Positions 1-12,081 of a DNA stretch of 64,000 nt are shown piece by piece. Made by a program: the position numbers and the translations under genes. This DNA is from Lama glama (Eukaryota): the NCBI GenBank assembly GCA_028534125.1, contig CM052817.1, forward strand, positions 52,330,001 through 52,394,000, in the 5' to 3' direction. Positions within the stretch are counted from its first letter, which is position 1. Every line of letters starts with the position of its first letter. Below the pieces are notes generated by a model. The model ran no database searches. It had not been told where the DNA came from and saw nothing but the letters and a program-made list of their open reading frames with translations.

Positions 1-1079
1 ATCACAGGGAAACCTCCATTTTGCTTATATATATTTTCACTTCACTTCTTATTTTCTACTGAACAAAGTTTTGGGTTTTTTATCAGACAGCCATTAAAAT
101 TTCCTCAGAAGACTTGGGATCTAACTCAGTGTGTTCTCTTTCTAATTTTGTCAATTTGTTTAATGATCCTGTTTTGCTGTATCCAATTCTATTCCATGAA
201 GATAAACCTATTAGGCATGATTGTTTTGAGGAGGAACTAAGATTATCAGAAAGTATAGTAATGGCATTACAAAAACGTGGTAATTTATTTGCTGTTTGTT
301 TTCCAGAATAAGCTCAAACCAGCAACATGTGTACAGACCTACATGCTTTTCTGGAGTATGTCTTTAAATTTCATTAACATAACCTGAAGCAAGAACATAG
401 TTAGTTATTCTTTGTCCTAGTATAATAAAAGCAAGCATTATCTCATATCATATGACTTAGTCATTTGCTAAAATAATGATGACATCATCAAAATAAAGCA
501 ATGTGCTAGGAGTTTTTCCATACAATGAAGCTTTCAAAGTCCAACGTAGGCTGCCACAGTTTAAGATTACAACTAATGATAGCGCCAGAGAACTTATTAA
601 AAATGTCAATTCATTTGTTTCATGTTGGCATTGGTTCTTCAATTAATATATGTAATTATTAAGTAGAAAATCAAACAAAATTATATTTCAGTTTTTAAAA
701 AATATATTCAGTTAAATATACAACCAAATATGATTAAACTATACTTTAAAATGAGCTTAGTTTTTTTCTTAATCAAATTTGAACTAGAAGAGCAAGATCC
801 TATGACTTTGAAGTGTTTTTCATGAAATCTCTTCAGACACAGAGTTTATAAATTTATTAAAAACAGTAGAAAAGGATTTTAATTGCTCTAATAATCTAAA
901 GAGCATATTTTAAAAATTAGCCAGACTCTATGAAGTTGAAATGAAAACTGGTAAAAAACTGAGTCTCTGCAGCATGCATATGTGAGAAATATGTTGTTAC
1001 TGATATAAAACTTTAGCATTTTATGTTACATAATACCAGAATAGACCATAAAATCATTATAGGCTGAGCATATAAGGGC

Positions 1080-1790
1080 AAGCAACTTTCTCTTTTTTCT
1101 TGTTCTTCTAACACCTTTACCTCACTCCTCTCTCTCAACTGTTGAATTTTCTTCACATATTAATAAGAAAATATAAGCAGTGGTAAGAGAAGTTCCATAT
1201 CTGTCAATAAACTTGCCTCTGTGCCCATATGTTTCTACTTCTTTGCACTCAATTCTAAGACTGACCCTTCCTCTACCTAGGGTCAGACCCTCTAATTGTA
1301 CATAAACTCCCATTTCCTTTTGCTGGTTAAGAACATTGTTCTAGCAATTACCTCTTTGTTTTCTTTATCATCATATTTTGATTCTTTTTATGATATCATT
1401 AATATCAACTTATAAATGTCATAATATCATTTACATTTAAAAAGTAAACTCTTTACCCCATATTTCCTTCCATCTAGCTACCCTTTATTTCTGTCTTCCT
1501 CTCTCTACAGGAGCTTTTACAAATTTGATCTGGATATTCATTTCCTTTCCTCTTCTTACAAATCAAATTTTCAATTTTTAGCCTTCAGTTTTCAAACCAG
1601 TCTACAGTATTTAAGCTAGAAAGTCACAATCTCTAAAAACATTTCAGTGTTTGGCCTTGGAGACACCATCTTCCCTGGTTCCCTGTTTTATCATTTGCAC
1701 AATCTCCCGAGGATTTTTTTAGAATTTTTCCAGAATCCCTAAGTGCTGCTGCTCTTCCCCTGTGTTAGTCCCCAAATTCTTGCTTTCTCC
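1080..1790 (+). mobile_element. Degraded L2 LINE fragment
   Basis: Pyrimidine-rich sequence with L2-like motifs (gacaccatcttccctggttccc; ttcttgctttctcc). Appears to resume at ~2560. Confidence 0.4.
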
Positions 1791-1821
1791 TTTATTCAAC
1801 AGTAATATGCTGGGGTGGTAG

Positions 1822-2258
1822 TGTTGCTTCAAAAACTCCTGGGATCTTTCTGGATATGACCTGAAACCAGCCCCTTTATGCAGAGGGTAGGAGAAACCTA
1901 AGAAAAAGGGAGGCTGCTCCAGATTGGTAGGTGGCACTTTTAATAAGCAAGGAAATTTACTCATTAAGCTTGTATTGGGCGGTCACAAGACAAGTAGATT
2001 TCTTCATCTGCCCACCAGAATCTTAAAAGTTTATACAGCGGGCTTAACTATGTTCAGTCACAGTCACATACTTAGTCCAGATAGCTTCTACACCACATTT
2101 CTATTTCAACGCTACATGGTTGGTACAACTTTGAGGAGCAGGGAAAGCAAGCTGAACACACATTCCAAAGACAGGGGAGGAAGTGGTAACCTCTAATTAT
2201 CCAGGTCCAGCTTGAAGGTCAATTGGTGGTCATGTCTTTTTGATGGCCTCTTTCAACT
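1822..2258 (-). mobile_element. Solo ERV LTR (~437 bp; resembles a laurasiatherian ERV1-class LTR)
   Basis: Ends TGTTG...CAAC(T), flanked by ggtag (1817-1821) and ggtac (2259-2263). Minus-strand TATAAA (~2029) followed by minus-strand ATTAAA (~1939). Higher GC than the flanks. Confidence 0.75.
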
Positions 2259-2263
2259 GGTAC

Positions 2264-2500
2264 AGATATATCAATGAATAAAATTAACAAGCAGCCTGTA
2301 TTCTGGCATGTACTAGCTATTGGGTAGAGAGACCTGTAATATACAGCAAATTATATAGTATAGTAGAAAGTGGTAAACATTAAGGAGAAAAATAAACCAG
2401 TGCTAAGAAAAGTTTAACAATTTAAACTAGAGGTGACATGGAAGACCCTGAACGGTAGATGTTCTTTAAACAAAGGCATGAAGAAAGTGGAATAGTGAAC
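2264..2500 (-). mobile_element. L2 3'-region fragment, antisense, interrupted by the LTR
   Basis: gatatatcaatgaataaaa...aaattatatagtatagtagaaagtggtaaacattaaggagaaaaataaa is typical of the antisense L2a 3' region. Joins to ttattcaac..tgctgggg at ~1791-1816. Confidence 0.55.
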
Positions 2501-2559
2501 AATGGATTCTCAGGAAGCCATATAACTTTAAATGTAGCCTATGCATGGGAAAACAGTCT

Positions 2560-2870
2560 CAAATTTACAGCTCCATTCTGGTCTGACCTTAAACATCATG
2601 TTCCCATATCCAATTACCCACTAAAGCTCACAAGGATAAATAACTTAAAAGGAGTCTCAAGGATGATATGTCTAACAACAAAACAATTTTAAAAAATCCT
2701 AATTTTTCTCTAACAAACATTCTCCCTGTAGTCATTTTTATTTTGCTATATGGTAATTCTTCTAGTTTTTCTGGTCAAAATTCATGAATCAACCTCACCC
2801 TTCTCCTTTCTCACAACCCATAGCCAGTCCATATGCAAATACTGTTCACTTCACTGTTTAAAATATGTAT
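2560..2870 (+). mobile_element. L2 fragment
   Basis: catatccaattacccact...atatgtctaac...ggtcaaaattcatgaatcaacctcacccttctcctttctcac resembles L2 consensus blocks. Confidence 0.55.
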
Positions 2871-3546
2871 GTTTCTGATGTATGATATTTCTTAATTCAT
2901 CTGCTGTCAGTCCATTCTACCAGGAGACAGACATGGCAGAGTTTGCATATGACTATTCTTGACTGGATCTTGCTAATATAATCAGAGGACTATTCTGGTT
3001 TCACATACAATCTAACCCAATATGGATATTTACTGTACTTATTAACATAAAACTATGTTTTACTCATTGTTTTTATACTGTCTTAAGCATAATTTTTATA
3101 TTGTCATTTATTTGTTCATTCATTAAAGTTTATTGAGCACCTGCCATGCTACACACTAGGTCTTGTGCTGTATTCTTTCAAAAACAGATTAAGGTGAATC
3201 CTGAGATTTAAAGGAAATACAATTCCTTTATAAAAGCTGCATAATAATATATCCTATTAAAAGAGAAAATAAAATCACTTTCAGTATGGTATAGTTTAAT
3301 TTCCTTATATATTAAACATAAGGACCTCGTGATGGCCTACTTCAGTTCTTAAGAAAATTGTGTAACTCTAGTTATCACCATGGCCCAAGTAAATTCCAGA
3401 GTGGTTAGGATGTAGGAATGGCAGGAAAATTGACTCAGACAAACTGAGAGTGAATGAAAGTCAGAGAAGCATAGGCCTACATGTCTGTCAAGGGACATTA
3501 TGTTTGTTATTTTATTAAGGGCAAGCTCCCCAAATTGCTCTAAGTC

Positions 3547-3587
3547 ATCACACAGAGACACAGACACACACAGACACACACATACAC
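3547..3587. repeat. Imperfect (CA)/(GACA) microsatellite
   Basis: cacacagagacacagacacacacagacacacacatacac. Confidence 0.85.
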
Positions 3588-3789
3588 TTGTGAGCATAAA
3601 TAAACTCATACATAGATGATATGGTGTGTTTGCCATTGAAAAATGTGTCTATAATTTTGCAATCACAATTATATTTCGGTATTATATACAAATATCTGTG
3701 GTGAATGATTTTAACTATGTAATAATAAATAATAGATCCCTACATATATATTTATTCCTGGATGTGAATGTGTGTGGCCATAATATGTG

Positions 3790-3990
3790 ATACTAGAAAG
3801 TGATTAAGAACTTAGACTGGTTTGTGATGAATTATGCCACTTTTTGACTCATCATTTTGGTTGAGTTACTTAAACTTTTTGTGCCTCAGTTTCTGCATCG
3901 ATAATGAAAACCATCTGATATAGTTACACAGTTGTGGGGTGGATGAGCGCTGAGTTCATTACCAGAACTATAATAAGCCTCACATGATCA
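3790..3990 (+). mobile_element. MIR SINE
   Basis: MIR core gagttacttaaactttttgtgcctcagtttctgcatc. Confidence 0.7.
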
Positions 3991-6909
3991 CTGACTGTTA
4001 TTCTGTCAACACCAAATACTTCACTGTAGACATAACTTTTGTTGTTTTCTAGATAAACTTTGGAAATCTTACTGCATAAAATGTATAAAAATGAAAACAT
4101 GACAATCCCAAATAATCATAAGACAAGATGGTATTTCAAATACTTATAGTCAATCTCTCTGCTTCAAGGTGAAAATGTACCTCAAACATCTCAGGGCATA
4201 TAACTTAAATTATTTGAAATGTGCATTAAAAAGCTAAATAAAAATAATGCTACTGATTTTTAAATTATGAGGATGAAAAGTTAATACTCTCACCCTGTAA
4301 TGTCTCATTCTTCTCTCTGATGGTTTTAAAATTTCCTTAAAAATCTGAGAAACCAAAGAAATGTAATAGCCTCAATCCTCCAACCCCAGTGGAAAAATAA
4401 GCTGAAGGTAATAAAAAAAAATGAAAATACTGAATTCTTATTTCTCAGATGGAAACTTAGCATTTTGTTTCACTGTGATTTCGTCACAGCTTACCCAAGT
4501 AGAGATAAAACTGCATAGGAAGTGTGAGTTTGTTTCTAAATATATAGATCCCAAGTATAGGGAATATTTTTTCAAGTTTTTCTTTCAATACGGAGCAAGG
4601 GACTTTATAGTCCACACCATTCATGGCAAGAAATCCCTGATAGAAAGAGGAGAAATTGACATGGCCTCGGCTTCTAAAATAAAGACCAGCATTTGTCAAC
4701 ACACATGGAACAAATGCAGTCGTGTGGCAGACTCTAGGAAGGGCAGGCCTGCTTATCTGGAAACTCTCCAGGGATGATTCAGGGAATACGAGGGAGGGCA
4801 CAGCCAACTGCCCTAATAAAAACCTAGTGTGCAACCAAGGGAAAATGAAGCAGGCAAAGCTGAGTTAGAGAGACTGAGATTGAATGGTTTCTGGAGAGTT
4901 TGTAATTTGTATAAATGGTTCAAAGAAAACATTTTGGTAAATATTCAACTCAGAATTAAAAAAAAAATAAGAAGACCTCTAAAATAAACAAGCACATGGG
5001 CTGCTAAAGTGAGTTCTGCCACCTCCTTTTTGCTTTTCTTCTTCTATAGATATTTTAATTTTGCATAAAACTTGAACCTTATACATGCAAGATGAGAATA
5101 TGTTTTCCTCAGTTAAAATGATTAAATCTTAGTCCAACTGATGTGCTTTTCAGGAAGCCATTTAATTTCACCATAGTTTTAGTGAAGTACAGAGACTTCC
5201 ATTCCAGTCTGATTAATTAATTAATAATAATGTTATAGGATTTCACAGTTCATTTTTACAAATATTACTTTGCGCAATAACTTTGTGAGGGAAAGACTAT
5301 AGTGAAGATATTACTTCTACTTCTTTGTTCTTATGGCTGATTTTTAAATAGGAAACAAACTTTCAAATATTCCTTGGAAATTGTATTTAGAAGGCTCATT
5401 AAATATCATGTTGAGAACGTGTGCATTTCATGAATGATACGGCTAATATTAAGAGAAGTTACCCAGTTTATCCAGTATCACACAGCACACATTGGCAGAG
5501 TTAGACCAGGAACCTATATCTCTGAATTTAATTCCAGAATTTCCCCCCTATGTTTCAGGTATAGTCTTTTTAAATAGAGCAACTATTATTTATCTATAAT
5601 ATGATAAAAAAAATGGTAAAAAATATTTATCATTATTTTGTATTGATAATTGTTTTAGATCAATTATCCCAGTCTGTTGGTAAAAAACGTAAAACTGAAA
5701 CTTTGTCACTGTAAGAACACATATTTTTCTCTCCTAATCCTTTTTTTTATTACAAGGAACTTATTTCGTGTATCCATAATAAATATTCAATTATTATATA
5801 TAACTTTCTAATTATTATGTTTTAACTGAAATGTTAACATCAGTGGTTTTAACCACTTGGTAGTTTCAGGATTTTCAGAAACTTGTGTAACCAATCAGGA
5901 TATAAAATGTTCTTCTGGAAAAACCCATATCCTCTGGAAACTCAGAAAATAATTTATTTTCATATTACTCAGGTCCTTTCTATCTGCTTTTAGCCTGCTG
6001 ATTCAGAGACCATTTCATAGTTCACTGGTATTACTAAAATTGAGAAACTTGGGAAAAATAAGACTACATACACTTTATAGGGGAAGAGAATAATAAATAT
6101 ACTTGCAGATATTTTAAGGAGTCAGTTGAACTAGATTAGAACTGGGCATCAATGTGGTTACTATGAGTAAATTTAATTTTCTCATGTGAACTAGTACTAT
6201 AACCATTTTGATTTAGAAAAGTAAAGGAGAGGAATAATCTGAATACTTGAGTAGGGTGATGGGGTAAAGAAAAGCATATATATGATTTTTGGGGAGACAT
6301 AAATATATTTTGGAGACCAAAACTGAGAAATTACATTGCTTGTATATATTGAACACCCTCCAGTTTTCAGAAACGTCCCTATTTACTTTATATACATTAT
6401 ATTATATTTCATAAAAGTCTTGTAAATTCATAAAGTTAGTAAAATGTGAGAGATAATGGAAAGCTTGACATCACATAACTATTACATTATAACAAGAAAC
6501 TTCTTGAACCAATACTACTTCCCCTGAACAATGTTATTTCCTAGACACATAATACTTGCTTATATATTTGCTTAGGTACAAGAATAGCATACTTTGATGT
6601 TTATTTTAATATTCTGCTCACACCTTAATTTCCTAAACTCCGATTCTTTGTATCTAATATATATTTTCTTATGAACTTTGACCAAAAAATACCCAGGACA
6701 AATAGTTTGTCTTTGGCTTCCTATTTCTTTTTCTTTCACCTGCCTAATTTCAGGTTTAGTGTCTTCCAGGATTTACTCAGATGACATTTAATACAGACTA
6801 AAAACATAGTTTTTATCATGAGGTCCTTTCTATCATCAAAGATGCTCTTAAATGCCACTGATTACCTTATTGTGATATCATTGATTAGTATCTCAACTTA
6901 GAGAGGAAA

Positions 6910-7140
6910 ATTTATTCACATGATTATTTATTCATTTAACAAACAATAGTGAGTACTCACTATATGCCAGGAATAACACTATGCCTTGAAGGTAGAGCAA
7001 TGGACAAAATTAGATCCGATCTTTTCCTCATGAATCTTATATTCTGGTGGGTGACACAGTCACTGGTTAAATGTCACAAACATGTATGGATAATTACAAT
7101 TTCCATCAGTTGCTTAAAGTACTGGCAAAAAATGTAAATA
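6910..7140 (-). mobile_element. L2 3' end, antisense
   Basis: attcatttaacaaaca..gtgagtactcactatatgccagg...cctcatgaatcttatattctggtggg. Confidence 0.65.
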
Positions 7141-7404
7141 CAGACTATTGAACGACTCTCTAGAAAAATGGACAAGAACAATTTATCCAATGGTAGGCAT
7201 GGTGTCCTTTACTTTTGCACCTTTGCCATTGACTCAGCGCAAAGGTGTATCAATTCTGGAGATTCCCAATATTAAATCTTATGAGAATAGTCATCGTTAA
7301 CATGAAGATATTCAAATGTGAGAGACTATAATTTAGAAAATCCACAATGTAATTTTGGAAGCACATGGAGTATCTCTGATAACAACTGAACTAAGAAGCA
7401 GAAG

Positions 7405-8932
7405 ACCCAGAATATCCCTTACAGTATTGAAGAACAAAGTCAGATGAGTGACACTATCAGATATCAAGACTTATTTTGAAGCGACCATAATAAGGACCAC
7501 ATGGTGTTGGCAAAACAATAGACAGATCAATAGAAGAGAATAAATAGCCTAGAAATAGAACCCCACAAATACAATCAAGCAATTATAGGCAGGTCAACGG
7601 AGAAAGGATTAGTCTTTTAAACAAATGGTACTGGAAAAGCTAGACATCCACATGCAATAGGAAAACTTATTCACATACCTTATATCTTTCACATAAATTA
7701 ATTCACAATGGATCAAAGATATAAATGTAAAACCATATAATTTTAAGAAGATAACACACCAGTAGCACAATCCATGAATGAAAAAAAATAAGCTGGACTT
7801 CATTAAAATTAAAAACTTTTGCTCTGCAAAAGATACTCTTGAGAGAATTAGAAGACAAGCCAGACAGGAAGAAAGTATTTGGAAAAAACATATCTGATAA
7901 AGGACTTATATCCAAAATATAAAAAGAATTCTTAAGACTCAACATAGAGGAAAAAAAAGTAATTACAAAACATGTAAGAGATCTAAACAGACACCTCACC
8001 AAAGATACAAAGATGGAAAATAAGCATAAGAAAAGATGTTCTACATCATTTTTCATTAGAGAATTGCTTATTTAAACAATGAGATACCACATCACACTTA
8101 GTAGAATGACCAAATTCCAGAACACTGGCAACACCAAACATTGTTGAGGATGTAGAACAACAGGAACTCTCATTCATTGCTGGTGGGAATACAAAATGGT
8201 ACAAGCACTTTGGAAGGCAGTCTGATAATTTCTTACAAAGCTAAACATAGGCTTTCCATTTTATCAAGCAATCACACTCCTAGTTTTTTTACCCTGACAA
8301 ATTGGAAATTATATCTGCCTACAAATGTTCATAGCAGCCATCAAGATTCAAGATGTCTTTCAATAGATGAATGAATAAACTGTGGTACATCCATACAGTG
8401 GGGTATTATCAGTGATTTTTTTAAACGCTCGCAAGCTATGAAAAAGCATGGAGGAAATTTAAATGCATATTGCTAAATGAAAGAATCCAGTCTTAGAAAA
8501 CACCACATACTGTATGAATCCAATTAATGATATTCTGGAAAAGGCAAAATTATTAAGACAATAAAAAGATCAGCAGTTGCCAGGAATTCAGGAGGAGTGC
8601 AGGGAGGGAGGATAGGTGAAGCACAGGACAGTCTCAGGTCAGTGAAACGATTCTGTATGATAGCATCATGGTGAATACATGAATTTATCCATTTGTCAAA
8701 ACTCATAGAACTATAAAACACAAAGACTAAATCCTAAAGTAAAGTGTGGACTTTAATTCATAAATAATCTATCAACATTAATTCATCAATTGTAACAAAT
8801 GTTTCACACTAATGCAAGATATTAATGATGAGAGAAATTGTGTATTTGGTGAGAAGAAAGTCCATACATGGGAATTCTGCACTTTCAAACAATTGTGTAA
8901 ACTAAAACTGCTCTAAAAATGTCGATTAATTA
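7405..8932 (+). mobile_element. 5'-truncated, degraded L1 (ORF2 3' end plus 3' UTR, L1MC-like)
   Basis: L1 ORF2 remnants (atcaagacttatt..., gacttcattaaaattaaaaacttttgctctgc, cattgctggtgggaatacaaaatggtaca) and an L1MC-type 3' UTR (ttctggaaaaggcaaaatta...gatcagcagttgccagg...taaaactgctctaaaaa). No intact ORF. Confidence 0.88.
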
Positions 8933-9459
8933 TGTAAAATGATCTAATAAGAAGTAGCACTTTAAATGGAAAATAAATTGAAATGATATGCTTTCTGTCA
9001 AAAAAAAATGAGGGTAAAGAACAATGATATTCTTATCATCCTCTTTACATTTTATTATAAATAAATGCAATTAGAATAAAGATTCCTACTTGACACTGCA
9101 TCATTTTATAATAGTTCTCAATTTTAAATATATTTTAAGTTACAATCTAGCTTAAAGTGGTTTCCCAGGTCTAGTATTAAACAAGTAGTAATTCAGGGTG
9201 TTATTTTATTATGATCTGTTTAGCATCTTATAAGAACACCTTGGCAAACAAAAAACATTTTATTCTTAAACTACTTCCAAAATACAAAGTGAAATAATAA
9301 ATAACATAATATTTGAAATAATTTTTATTCTTTTCCAAAATATTTAACTTAGGTGATAGGCACAGATGAAAATTTGCAATTTTCTCCTTTTGAATAGTGC
9401 CATTTACCCTTTTTTTTTTTTCCTTCTTCATTCCTTTCCGTTGTGGGTGTGTGCTTACT

Positions 9460-10320
9460 TTATACTTTTTGTTTTGGAATAATTTTACAAAATCATTGAA
9501 AGAAAGTACAGAAGTTTTCTTGTATATTTTTTTTACCCAGTTTCCCCTAATTTAAAAATCTTTCATATTTATCAAAATTCAGAAATTAACCTTGGCGTAA
9601 TACTACTAATTAAACTATAGATGTTATTCATATTTCATCAACTTCCATGAATTTATTTTTTCTTCCAGAAAACACTCAGAATACCTCATTGCATTTTTCA
9701 GTCATGTCTTTAGATAGTCTCTTTTGATCTGTCACATTATCTCAATTTTTCCTCATTTTTCATATTCTTGACAGTTTTGAAGGGTATCAGGTATTTTTGC
9801 AGACTGTCCCTCAATTTGGTCTGTCTGTTGTTTTCTCCTGGTTAGACGGAGGAAATGAACTTTTAGAAATAAACTGCAGAGGTGAATTGTCCTCATCTCA
9901 AGATACCAGTTGGTACATGATATCAACATGACTCTTCCCAGTGATATTAGACTCAGCCTCTAGGTCAAAATGCTGTCTGCCTGCCAGTTTTCTCCACTAA
10001 AAAGTTTCTATTCTCCCTTTCCACTCATTCCTTTTTGTAAGTGTGTTACTTAAGTAAAACCCATACTCAGGGAGAGAATATCTGCATATAATATTTGGGA
10101 CTCTTATGTAAGAAAATGTCATATCTTGTCCACATTCATTTATTTATTATTTATTCAATTATTTATTTATAACAGTATGGATTCATGGATATGCATATTC
10201 TTTAAGTTAGAATGTCTTGTCATTCAGTATTTATTTTCGAATTTGAATAATTCCAGCATTGGTGATGGGAGCTCTTTCAGTTTGGCACACGTGTCCTTCC
10301 ATTATTCCTTTTTTTTTTTA
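9460..10320 (-). mobile_element. Old L1 3' UTR, antisense (L1MC/L1MD-like)
   Basis: acccagtttcccctaat...taaactatagatgttattcatatttcatca...actgtccctcaatttggtctgtctg. Confidence 0.75.
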
Positions 10321-10434
10321 AATATAAACCATCCCTGAAGATAAATGGATTGTGCAGTAATGTTATTTTGATACAATGAAATAGTTCACCTCTGCAAGCA
10401 ATTAGCATTCTGCCTACACCTTCATGATACATTT

Positions 10435-10900
10435 ATTGATTATTTATTAATTGATTACTTATTTAATACATGCTTATTGGGCACTGCATTCCATACACTG
10501 TTCTGGGCACTGTGGATAGATTAGATGATGAAATCGGAGATATAACAAAATGCTGATGATGCAGAGTTGTGTAGACTTTTCAGAGAACTCTGGCTTTTCT
10601 ATTAAATAAAATAGGAATGCTGAGCAGATTATTGTATTACCAGTTCTAGTATAGAGCCTGATGACTTCAGCTGCTGTGTTAAAAAAAGACTACAGATTGG
10701 CAAGTGTTGACACAGAAAGACCAGTTTGGAAAAGCAATACAGGTGAGATTAACACTTTGAAGGTAGCTCTGGGTATGGCGTCAAGATTGGCTTCTCGATT
10801 TCTGAGGGATTAAATCTGAGGTGTGGGAGAAAGGGAGATATTAAGGATGATGCCAAGTTTAAAGTTCTGAACAACTGGGGTGATAAAACTGACAACATGT
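10435..10900 (-). mobile_element. L2 fragments, antisense
   Basis: catgcttattgggcactgc..ctgttctgggcactg...ggatgatgccaagttt..ctgaacaactgggg. Confidence 0.6.
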
Positions 10901-11639
10901 GTAGGTGTAGGTGCAAATATATATACACATTATTTCCCTGTCTTTTATTTTCTTAAATATTAAATACTGACTGTCATAGTGGTCTATACATGAAAATGAT
11001 AACCTAACAACGTGTAAGTGAATCTTCAGTGCATAAGGTGTAGTGCAATTAAAAATAAATATTACATTATCTTATTTAATTATAAAAGTAAAGATTAACT
11101 CAGGTAGATATATAGATTTCTCCCTCTATAATTTTAGCCATTTTCTTTTCATGTTTTCATTGAAGATAACATCCCAGAATATTCTCCTACAGTATCCCTT
11201 TGAGTCAGAGACGACATAGTTTGGATGTTTCCTGGTTGTTTCTTCATCAGTTATACACGTCACAAAGTACTTGAAGTCTTTTCCACAAACCCCTCTTCCC
11301 AGGTTGTTTATAATTTTTCATTGTTCATTCTGAGATTATTTGAATTCACCATAATTTAGTTTTGTGAAAAGTGTGATGTTTAGTCCTGATTTTGTATATA
11401 AATTTAATGATTCCCAATGATATAATGTGTGTAGAAATGTTAAAATAAGACTTACTTCCTTTTTCTTAAATTATAAAATATCTCTCTATATATTCCAGTC
11501 TCATAGATGATTTGCCATTTTTCTATTCCCTGTTTAGCATGAAGAATTCATCCATTTTGTATCAGATGTTTATGTATGTATTAAAAACATGGTACAAATC
11601 TTTATCATAGGAAACATTTACAAAAAAAAGTATGTTATG

Positions 11640-12081
11640 TAATGCACTAAGTGTTATTAAATTTAACCAGAAGATAGCACTGTGCTAATTTTAAATATGT
11701 CTAAATGTGAATTGTGAATAATAATATATGTGTTTGAAGATTAGTGCCTCCAGAATTCAGAGATAATGAAAACTGTTGTCTATTCTTTTCTTGCTTTGGA
11801 ATTTCAGATATTAGTGGCCATATTAAAAAGCAGAGATAAAAGAAGAAAGCGAGAAATAATTTGAATGCTGGTAAAGTAATCTACATTGCAGCAATCCACA
11901 ATACTGCGTTATATATAGAAATAGATCAGTCATTGTTTTCAAGCCTGCTAAATAAAACTGAACTCTTGGAATGGCATGCCACTTGACCTTTCTGGGTTTC
12001 ACGAGCAGTATTTAACTGGTTCGAAGGCAACACACTTGCAAGTGTTTCCTGTTGACATGACAGATTCTGGTAGTTCACACA
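11640..12081 (+). promoter_or_regulatory. TECRL: Putative TECRL proximal promoter and 5' UTR, non-CpG-island, with cardiac/muscle-type motifs
   Basis: Lies immediately upstream of the ATG. WGATAR at 11672, 11761 and 11834; MEF2 consensus TTATATATAG 11909-11918; NKX2-type CACTTGA 11980-11986; TGACCTTT 11984-11991. The TSS cannot be determined from sequence. Confidence 0.6.

Noticed and set aside
4421..4834. Overlapping 118-aa (+) and 116-aa (-) ORFs
   Set aside because: No recognisable protein similarity; explained by locally higher GC and fewer stop codons.
5842..5857. Inverted repeat agtggtt-tt-aaccact resembling a hAT/MER5 terminus
   Set aside because: Only a 7-bp stem; no partner end or TSD identified.
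7609..8721. Several ORFs of 64-117 aa
   Set aside because: They fall inside a degraded L1; remnant or antisense frames.
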